From: Octopus sinensis
Taxonomy: Eukaryota
NCBI RefSeq assembly: GCF_006345805.1
Contig: NC_043003.1
Span: forward strand, 110,732,001-110,796,000
DNA: 64,000 bases
Reading direction: 5' to 3'
A program made the translations under genes and the position numbers. Positions 54,352 through 64,000 of this stretch are shown here, in pieces. A model generated the notes under the pieces. The model did no database searches. It was not told the origin of the DNA and was given only the letters and a program-made list of their open reading frames with translations. Each line of letters begins with the position of its first letter. The stretch's first letter is position 1.

Positions 54352-55279
54352 TACATATATACATATACATATATACATATACATACATACATATACATAT
54401 ACATATATACATATATCATAAACAAAACTACTAAGTTCTCTTCAGATCCCGATAAAGTGTTATAAATACAACCAAAGTTTACATAATCAGCATCCATAGC
54501 GATTTAAATTGGTGGAGATGAAGCACAATATATTAGAGTATATGCATTTCGGTTCTCGTGGTTACCGTACCAATTTCAAGACAGTAGACTTCAACTAGTA
54601 CTTCGTAAAATATTTCCAACAGTAGAGTTTCGTATCTCCACATAGACACACACACGCACACACACGGAGATACGCACAACTCACACACAAACACACACAC
54701 ATATACATAAACATACATATATAAATATATCTTAAAATTTGTTTCTTCCTAAAATAGTTCTACTGATTTTGAATCAGCACCTCTATTATTAACATTTACT
54801 TGATCGTGCAGGATGGCCTGTTTCACACTATATTTAAAGAGGGAATCGACCGAACGCGAGTTAATTGAACAACTATCAACACACTTCATAATCACTTTTG
54901 CGTTAAACTGTTTCAGCTTCAACAGCAAGATGACCTGCAGGTGAGATTTCACTTCATTAAGCTTCCCAAAATATTTCTCTCTCAAGCTCTACTAAGTTTA
55001 GATTAACCGAATGCTTAAATGGAGATTTGTTGCAGGACATTTGACATAATCATAGAGTCAATAATTCAACAATCATTATCGGACCGAAAATAGAAATATC
55101 ACTTGAGTTTTCTTTATTTATTTCATATTTTAGCAATTAGTTTTTGCAAGCTATATAAAGAACAACATTTACAAAGCCCATCAGATTGAACGATAATGTG
55201 TCATTATCGATGTATGAAATTAGCAAAGTTATTTCACCGTACCCAATCTTAGGTTAGTGGTTAAAAAAATATTATAATT

Positions 55280-55695
55280 AAGGCGGCAAGCAAGCAGAAT
55301 CGTTAGCACTCAGAGCAAGACGCTTAGCGGTGTTTCAATCATTTTAACGTTCTGAGTTTACATTTCGCCCGGATCGACCTTGCAGTTCATCATTCTGGGA
55401 ATGTTAAAATAAGTACCAGTTGTGCATAAGGGTAATCGACTTGTCTTTACCCAGAATTTCCTGGCTTTGTGCCAAAATTTGAGACCACTATTCTTATCAA
55501 GGCGGTGATCGGGCGGAATAATTAAGAATGCCGGACAAATTGATTAATTACATTTTATCCGTCTTTAACTTCTGGCTCTACATTTCGCTGATCTCGATTT
55601 TAACATTCCTCCTTTTGGATTCAATGAAACAAATACCAGCCGAACTCTGAGATAAATAAATATAGTTTGGTGACTATCTTGCCACCAAAAGTCGT
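55280..55695 (+). mobile_element. Two tandem SINEs (26541 family)
   Basis: ggcggcaagcaagcagaatcgttagc... and ggcggtgatcgggcggaataattaag..., both with acgttctgag/acatttcgc bodies. Confidence 0.65.
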
Positions 55696-55934
55696 TCGCT
55701 GTTTGTAAATAGTGTGTATTTTACAACTACGTTTGAAAGCTGTATTCAAGTGGAGCAGTCCAGGTTCGAGTTGGAGTACCATAACGGCTTGGTGTACATG
55801 AATTCACAGAAGTTTTTGCTGAGTTATTTTTAATTATTGTTTTCTTCTTCTATTCTGACCTTTTTATTGAACTGTTTATTTTTTTCTTTTTAATTCTCTC
55901 TTTACTTTTTGTGTAATATTTCTTTGGACAGGGC

Positions 55935-56935
55935 AATAAAAATACGGATTAGATTGTAGAGTGGGAGATTGTCCCACCTAAGGAGTGGTTCAGATAGCAA
56001 AACGAGGGGGACGGTGGTGTTGAGAACGTATTCGAAGGTTCTCGACACCGTAGCCGTGTTCTTCAACCATATGCTTGAGCAGGATTTGGCGGAACATCTT
56101 CCAACCATTAAGTATATCTCTAGGGGAGTCAAACATGCAACGCTGTGGTAGCTGTTTAACACTCCAGAGGTGGCTCAAAGTTTTGCGAGCCAGCCCGTTA
56201 AGGGTAAAGAAATTTTGCATCTTCCCTCTTATTGTGGGAAAAAATTGACGAGGACATGGGACTGTGGTTTGCTACCCGGATTGAACCCAAGTGGATAGAG
56301 GATACTATCCGTCGGGGTCTGAATGGCAGCGATGTCAGGCTCTTCAATGTGAAAATTCTTCCTGCGGCTGATTCGGTTCGGTCAAAATCTGTTTTGACCC
56401 TGTGAACCCAATCAGCCATTTTCTGAAAATGGCCGGCATCAGGTATTCGGTGACTCTTGAGAGTCCCCACCACCAGCTTTCATCGGTGTCTGGAGCCTAG
56501 CCATATAAAGAACTGTCTTCGGGAGGAATGCGGAATCCTCGAACACTCGATTGAGATATCTGTAAAAGAGGGAACGAAGGCAGCTGAGGTGACGGAGGAC
56601 CCCTCATGGAAGGGCCGCAAGAGGAAGAAGGTGAGCAACAATGGGTACTTACCGAAGGTGGTGGAAAAGCACCATAAGAGAGTACCTCCTACCTTCACAC
56701 AGGATCACGAATGGCCTCCGCAGATAGCTGTGGATGTCATAACGATGTCTGTGGAGTTTAGACTGCAGGAACTCAACGAGACATATCGCTTGTGGCCGAG
56801 CGACGCCGGCTCGAATCCCGCTTTAGTCTTGAATGAGGCGTGGGGGATGGTGGAATATATGGGCACAAGGATGACGGGGAGGAATAATGACAAGAGGTTG
56901 AAAAGCCTCAGTGCTACAATGTTTAATATTTATTA
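55935..56935 (+). mobile_element. GC-rich Tx1/L1-type ORF1 (gag-like) pseudogene with decayed zinc knuckle; no ORF2 seen
   Basis: RGVKHATLW*LFNTPEVAQSFASQPVKGK, LKMAGIRYSVTLE, then TTSFHRCLEPSHIKNCL (CX2CX4HX4C-like) and a basic KGRKRKK tail. Contains stops and frameshifts. Confidence 0.55.
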
Positions 56936-57224
56936 CATGTTATTGTGTTTAAGAGGCTTAACGCCCCAATTCTTAAAAGGACTATTAGTCCAAAATTTGT
57001 AAGACGGAAGAGGTTCATTACCACCTTTTGTCTTTTTCTGTTTTTCTGTGGAAAAAAAGAAGAGAATAATGTTTTAGAGAATCAGAAAATCGGCGGGTGT
57101 TTTCTGTCTTCTTCCATTAATAACATCCTTATCATCATTCACCTCATAGATGTCTTTGTCTAGCCCGCAAGCTACTCTGTATCATGACTTTATAGCAAAA
57201 TTTTTGAATTAAACTACCTTGCTT

Positions 57225-57955
57225 ACGAACCACGTGGTACCGGGTTCAGTCCCAATGCGTGACACCTTGCGCAAGTGTCTTCTACTATGGCCTCGGATTG
57301 AACCAAATCATTGTGAGAGGATTTGCTAGACGCAAACTGAAAGAAGCCCTTCTCATATATATATGTATGTGTGTGTGTGTGTGTGTGTGCGTATGATTGT
57401 GTGTCTGTGTTTGTCCCCCCGACATCGCTTGACAATCGATGCTGGTGTATTTACGTCCCCGTAACTTAACGGTTCGGCAAAAGAGACCGATAGAATAAGT
57501 ACTAGGTTTACAAAGAATAAGTCCTGGCGTCGATTTGCACGAGTAGAGGCGGTGTTCCAGCATGGCCACAGTCACATGACTGAAACAAGTAAAAGAGTAA
57601 AAGAGTTTACCAGCGCAAGTTTGGCAGTGTGGTGAAAGGCTTGCTTCCGAACCACACGGTTCTGGATTCAGTTCCATGGAGTGGTACCTTGGGCAAGAGT
57701 CTTCTACTATAGTCTCGGGCCAACCAAAGCCTTGTGGGTAGATTTTGTAGAGGCAAACTGAAAGAAGCCTGTTGTATGTGTGTGTATGTATTTGTGTGTC
57801 TGTCGTTGACCCACACCATCGCTTGGCAACCGATGCTGGTATGTTTACGTACCCGTAACTTAGCGGTTCGGAAAAATGATCCGATAGAAGAAGTAGGTCG
57901 CTAAATGTGGTGCTCCAGCATGGGCGCACTCAAATGGCGGAAACAAGTAAACAAA
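57225..57955 (+). mobile_element. Tandem dimer of a microsatellite-containing SINE (57225-57605, 57606-57955)
   Basis: Each unit has a tRNA-like head, ccttgggcaagtgtcttctactat, aactgaaagaagcc(TG)n and a gaaacaagtaaa tail. Confidence 0.8.
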
Positions 57956-58299
57956 TTCAAGAACAAAAGAATATATTGCTTCTTTTTGTAATTAAAACAA
58001 ATACTGATGAGAGTAGGTTTTCTATGAGATGGCTCTATTAATGCTAGTTCAATGAATGCTGCTGAGATTTTGTTATCGCAGAATGTGTTTCGAATTCACC
58101 TCGGTATCTAGAGATTCCATCAAGAGAATACATTGAAAAAGAATGTTGAATATGAGATAAATCAATCGATTTCCAGGTCAATATCAATCCATTCCATCTC
58201 TGCAGATAATAATTTTGTGTAGGCCAGGACTGAATATATATGTTATAAAATGCATCGAATTTCTGACCACACGTATTATGTTATTTCGTGTTTCATTCT

Positions 58300-58900
58300 T
58301 ATACTTAAATTTGCATTATGTGATTTGATGTATTTCGCCTGTTATTTCTGGCAGGTCTATGAAACATCTTGAAGCTTTCCCTTTTGAATTGAACAGTTAA
58401 ATCTGCTGGAGAGACACGTGTCTATTCGCATTAAATAAAGAACATGGTGAAGAACATTCTAAGCATGACAAATAAGGATTTATTCAGACATCGTGTTTTT
58501 AACAATATGCTCTCAAATGCAATCTATCATCATTCTTGTTAAGGAAAAGTTGAATTTAACAGAAATATGCCTACAATGTCTAGCAGAAAGAGTGATACCT
58601 TGATGGCTGCTGTTGATAGGCCATGTAAATAATTAGCTACCGATAAAGGATGTCGTAATAACACTGCGTCATAGCATTTGGTTTCAAGGATTATGGCCGA
58701 AAAAGTATCCAATGAAAATCGAAACTGATACACAAGCCTAGTTATAGTAAGCTTCCTACGAATCAACCCTTTGATTAAGGAAAAATGTTATTCGATTATA
58801 AAGGCCTATTTATCCTTTCTCCATAACATTCTAACAAATAAGTAAAGGATGAGCATTCTAATTACTCGAACTAAATTTAAATCTAACCCTTTGTGCATAT
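58300..58900 (+). mobile_element. Possible highly degenerate L1-type RT fragment
   Basis: FGFKDYGRKSIQ*KSKLIHKPS...PFD*GK weakly resembles the L1 FGFG..FI.WIKLLY..P...PF region. Confidence 0.3.
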
Positions 58901-59821
58901 GCTATTATTACGCTATAAATACAAAAGTAGAAGTACACTGTATTTTCATCATGTTGCATACTTAGAAAATACATATTTATATGCGTATAAGTATGATTTG
59001 AATAGGTATAAAAATAACTTGAAGTGATTGTATTAAAAGATAGAAAAAATAATCGTAACTCAAGGTTTTATCTCTGATAACCAGAAACACTTTAATTATT
59101 CCCAAGAGTTTAATTAAGACTATTTTTCTCCTTTGATTTATTCCGTATATATTTTTCTGGAGAATTTATACTTTGCTACTTTCTTTTTTTTTAGTATCTT
59201 TGGTGTTGTTATAGAGATATTTACTGCCAATGAAATTTCATGCTTCTTTCGTTGCAATTTTGTCTTTCTTTTTTTGTCCTAAAATAATGAATTTAATTAA
59301 TTTTCTTGCCCTCTTGATGAATTAATAAATTTTCTCAATATCATGTAAAACACAAATTTTAAGTTCCGAGATATTAGATAAATAGAAAATGTAAAAAAAA
59401 AATGTGTTCGAAGAGACATGAGGATTGTTTTACTGAGGAACTATTAATGTGTAGGAAGGACTCAGAAAGTAAATATTAAGTTCGGGATAGTGATATTGTA
59501 TTTATTCAACGAATCTGGATGAGCACAAATGATAAATCGGTTTCCTGTGCTTCAATGATCTTCAACAAAAAAGAACAAGTATTTGTAACTTAGACAAGTT
59601 ATCTATTAACTAGGATACACAGCAGATTTCATCGATCTAGTGTACAAGAAATTGAATGACTTTGAAACGATGATAGTATTGGCACAGTTGGGATGTGGAT
59701 ATCTGACTAATGTGCAAGAAATTTACTAATGCTATAGATTTAGTTTCTGCAGTGGCACGAATAGAGATTTTTAAGACAAAAGTCTTAGGCTTTTGTCGTA
59801 AAAAGTAGATATTTTCTATTA

Positions 59822-60006
59822 TTCTTTTACTTGTTTCAGTCATTTGGCTGCGGCCATGCTGGAACACTGCCTTTCGTCGAACAAATCGACCCTACGACTT
59901 ACTGTTTGTAAGCCTGGTACTTATTCTATCGTTCACTTTTGTCGCATCGCTAATTTACGGGGATATAAACATAACAACCTCGGTTGTCAAGCGATAGTGG
60001 AGGGAT

Positions 60007-60072
<66 letters not shown>

Positions 60073-60240
60073 GTATATATATGGCGGGCTTATTTCAGTT
60101 TCCGCCTACGAAATCCACTCACAATGCAATGGTCAGATCTAGGCTGCAGTAGAAGACATTGCGCAAGATGATACGCTGTGGGACTGAACCCGGAGCCATG
60201 TGATTGGGAAGCAAGCTTCTTACCACACAGCCACGACTGA
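59822..60240 (-). mobile_element. SINE (57225 family), inverted
   Basis: tttacttgtttcagtcatttggctgcggccatgctggaacac... is the reverse of the 57540-57600 tail. Confidence 0.8.
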
Positions 60241-60483
60241 GCCTAACATCTAAGGAGTGATGTATTTCATATATTTATTTTGGGGCAAGATCAGGGCTGG
60301 ATTGAAATCAAAATGTTGTTTTCCAAAATCTGTGGTGATATCCTTTACATTGTACGTCTAAGTAAAATGAAATGCTTTACGAACAAAGAGTTACATCTAT
60401 TATTATAGCGAAGGTAGATAAACAAGAAATATATATTATATATAAATATATCATTCGGGCGGTACCTTACAATTTCACTTTGT

Positions 60484-60533
<50 letters not shown>

Positions 60534-60739
60534 TACGGAGATGTACTTGCATAGCAAGTGATTTGATCTGAGATCGTGTGCTGGAACGAAAACAATTGCA
60601 GCGTGGAAGTCGTTTGAAAGCCCTTTAAGAAACACGCAAAAGCCGTTCGATTCACTTCAACATTTAAGTTTAATTTGTGAAATTATTTTCGTCGCTTTAA
60701 GACCGCGACCTGTTCACTGACAAAAATCCGTGCTGCATT

Positions 60740-60895
60740 TTTTTCTGTGTATCTTTTTGTCGAAGAGCGTAGGCTGGAAATGTAAAATACTTTTTCTATT
60801 TCTATTCCTGAGCGCTATACTAATAGATTTGTTTGTTTGTACTCCACCTGCCTTCGTCTTTTGTTTATTTTCGTAAACTTTCCCGTTATATATAT
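60740..60895 (+). mobile_element. PLE-terminal fragment with degenerate HHR-like motif, abutting (TA)n
   Basis: tctttttgtcgaagagcgtaggctggaaatgtaaaata...ccacctgccttcgtcttttgtttattttcgtaaactttcccgttatata; same family as 40106. Confidence 0.7.
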
Positions 60896-61344
60896 AGATA
60901 CATACATAAATATATATATAAGAATGGTTTATATTTGCATACTGTGTTTGTGCGTGAGCGTTACGCAGGTGTATGTGTATTTTCAAAAAAATTGAATACA
61001 GTTATTGTATTTCAGTACTCTCTTCTGTTAGTTGTTCATACCTTTCCATCCCACACATTGAAGTATGTTAAGATATTACGATACATTTTGAACGCAGGTT
61101 ATCGCATAGTTCACAAGCAATCGAGGACACACTAAACAGCATATGCTAGATCTTGTCTGAGTTTATTGCAAAGCAATCTTTTTACAGATACCAATAACTT
61201 GGAAGAAGTTTGTCTGTACGTGACGTGTAATATATCGTATTGAAAACGAATTAGAGTTTTATCTCAGCTTTTAAGACGAGGGAATAATAAATGCGTCAGT
61301 TTAATCCGTCTTTACCAAACGGTGGATAATACCAAAGAAAAGTA

Positions 61345-62650
61345 TCAGGTCATCCCATAAGTTCTCTCCGATTTTACCTTGTTTTAAAATTGAATGAAAT
61401 TTAATAGTATTTTAGAATGTCTATTGGAATTTAAAAAATAGTTTTATGCATTTATGTCCATTTAAATTAATTAAATATTATTTTACAGATTAATAGAATT
61501 AAAATTCCTTTGATTAAGACCCGTTCTAACAGGGAAGTATCCAAAGAGCATTAGAGGCACATAATGCTTTATGAGTACAAAAATAAAAAGAAAACGTAAT
61601 TCTGCAGTCGGAGCGACTCGAAACATACGCTCAGTTTATTGGAAAGAATGATTGAACGGAAGAACTTGCAGGAGATGAATTGCAAAATTCAGAAGTGGAG
61701 ATTTCAGACTTGAAGATGAAGATCGAACAGGACGCCAGTTGAATTTGATGATAAGCTCCTTGAGGCATTACTTGAAGAAAATCCTACATTATCAGTTGAA
61801 GAATTGGCAATAAAGCTTAGTTCAAACCATACAACTGTTCATCGTCATCGTCAACAACTTGGAAAAATTCTTAAACTTGGAAAATGAGTGTCTCATGAAT
61901 TGTCCGAAAGCAACCGCATGTCCCGAGTTGACATCTGCTCTTCTCTCCATTCTCGCGAACACATTTCACCCTTTTTAGATAGACTTGTGATTGGTGACTG
62001 ACGAAAAATGGATCTTCTATCGAAATGTTAAACGTCGTAAAGAGTGGCTTGGTAAAAAGGAAAAAAAAACTCAACTAGAACAGAGAAGGGAATTTCATGG
62101 GGAAAAGATTATTCTCTCTATCTGGTGGGATTGCAAAGGAGTAATTCACTTTGTACAGTCACTACATAATACAACAATCAATGCTCAAGTCTACTGTCAG
62201 CAATTAAAGCGTTTGAACCAAACTTTGAAGAAACAGACCCACTTTAGTGAATCGAAAAGAAGTGATGTTTCATTAGCACAATGCGCGACCCCACACTGCA
62301 AAGATCACATCACAGATGATCGAGGAGCTTGGTTGGGAAAAAAATTCCTCATCCACTTTATTCTCTCGACCTTGCTCCCCCAGACTACAATTTGTTTCGT
62401 AGTTAACAGAATCATTTTGGCGGACATAACTTTCGCAAACCAGGAGGAGGACGAAAATGACATTTCAGAGTTCTTCGCTTTGAAACCAAAAGAGTTTTGC
62501 ATTGATGGGATTCAAAAGCTTGTAAGTTGATGGAAAGTTGTCATAGATAATCAGGGAAAGCACATTGACGATTAAATTTCAATGAAATATAACATTTGAT
62601 CACTTGTTTTCTTAATTCAAAATTCAGACAGAACTTATGGAATAACCCGA
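61345..62650 (+). mobile_element. Full-length (1306 bp) DD34D mariner element with TIRs and TA duplication; transposase pseudogene about 61531-62575
   Basis: The TIRs are TA|tcaggtcatcccataagttctctccga and TA|tcgggttattccataagttctgtctga (reverse complement). The transposase has LLEENPTLSVEELA, DRLVIGD/EKWIFY, LSIWWDCKGVIH and STLLPQTTICF (frameshifted SPDLAPSDY). Confidence 0.92.
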
Positions 62651-63415
62651 TAAATGGGACGACATGTAATTTACTAATCCGTTAGGGTATTTGCCACTGT
62701 TGTTACGTTAAAGTAAAAATATCACATAGGATATATTTATGATAAATGGACTGACGTTACCCGTTTGCATGTTTCAGGATTTCGAATATCATAGTTACAC
62801 ACATTTTGCTCATGAATCTATTATCATGTGAAGGAGACATTGTACATCATTCCTACGAATTAACAGAAAACAACTTCTTCGGTGTTTACTTATTGGTTGC
62901 ACGTAAAAGTTCCTTACCAAATGTGTTTCTTATTATACTGAATCATAAATAATAACTCAATTATTGTATTAATTACTGTATAGTTCTTGATTATGATAAT
63001 TGACGTACTCAATCATTAACAATTTTGGTGTAACTGAGTTAAAAAATATAAGATGGAAATATATAATAGTAATAATTAATTCATTATATATACACAAACA
63101 AAAGTAAACATGTATATACGAATAATATATACCCCTTTCATCGCTCGATCAATATAAAGTGGTGAAAAGATATAAGTATATAATCACGAGCTTAAGTATG
63201 AGTTTACACTATTATATATTACGTGTTCTCCCCCTCTGCACTTGGCAGATATTAGAACGAAGAAACACATCAACCAAGATAAGCATATCAGCAGAAATAT
63301 ATAAATGTCTGTGTATGTACGTATAGATGTATGTACGTACATATGTGTATGCTTGCGTGCGTATATGTATATATATATATATATATATATAGATACATAT
63401 ATACAAATATATATA

Positions 63416-63770
63416 CACTAGCACTATCACCCGGCGTTGCTGGGTCATAGCGCTAGTGCATGCATATACAGCTACGTACGTGCGCACATACACGCGAGTA
63501 CTGTCCAAATCTCTGACCAATCACACACAGATAATTGGCATTCAATTAGCGTATAAAGTTTCGGGCATTTTGATTGGGGTTTGAATAAAAAAATCACAAA
63601 AAAGTCACTTCTATTGAATCTTTAATGGCTTTGCGGGGTGACTGGGGGAATGTAAAGATGTGCACGACCACCCTTGGAGGGTGTTGAATGACCATAGAAA
63701 GTGCGAGCACTCTAACTGAATAATTGTGGATTCGTATTAAGTGTACATACGCAGGCATTTTGCTGTTTAT
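63416..63770 (+). mobile_element. Non-autonomous Helitron/HINE-like element
   Basis: Starts actagcactatcacccggcgttgctgggtc and ends ...acatacgcaggcattttgctgtttatatatat, resembling invertebrate HINE/Lep1-type ends. Inserted in TA-rich DNA. Confidence 0.45.
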
Positions 63771-64000
63771 ATATATTTATATATATATATATATATATAC
63801 AGAAATATAAATATAAATACATACATAGAATTTCTGAACGACTCCCGAGATGTCTACACGCATGTACTTTCGCGCAATGTAGCAGGACTGAATTTTGAGT
63901 AACTGCTAATATAATTTAATTTACTTATGGATGACTTAAGTTTACTTTTAAACTCCCCGTTTTACAAACATATATATATATATATATATGCATGGGGCAG

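Overview
AT-rich, microsatellite-saturated eukaryotic genomic DNA. The repeat content (tRNA-derived SINE families, DD37D/maT and DD34D mariners, Penelope-like elements, massive (TA)n) looks like an Octopus/coleoid cephalopod genome; this is inferred from the repeats, not proven. Only one host coding exon could be supported: a 61-nt minus-strand exon (5657-5717) encoding GTVRFNRGDRVGGILFEQFQ, which matches the Venus-flytrap C-terminal exon of GABA-B receptor subunits (GABBR2-like). Most of the window is therefore probably intron of that gene. The rest is transposon debris: Penelope-like elements (PLEs; RT, GIY-YIG and pLTR pieces), an R4/Dong RLE LINE, Tx1/L1 pieces, Tc1/mariner elements, a Helitron/HINE-like element and many SINEs. 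Most ORFs in the supplied track are microsatellite artefacts. The most striking hidden layer is about 11 minimal type-I hammerhead ribozyme (HHR) motifs in PLE termini. They carry four different palindromic stem III sequences, include a U3-A8 compensatory core variant and a family with a fixed A6U change, and several sit in near-perfect inverted repeats.
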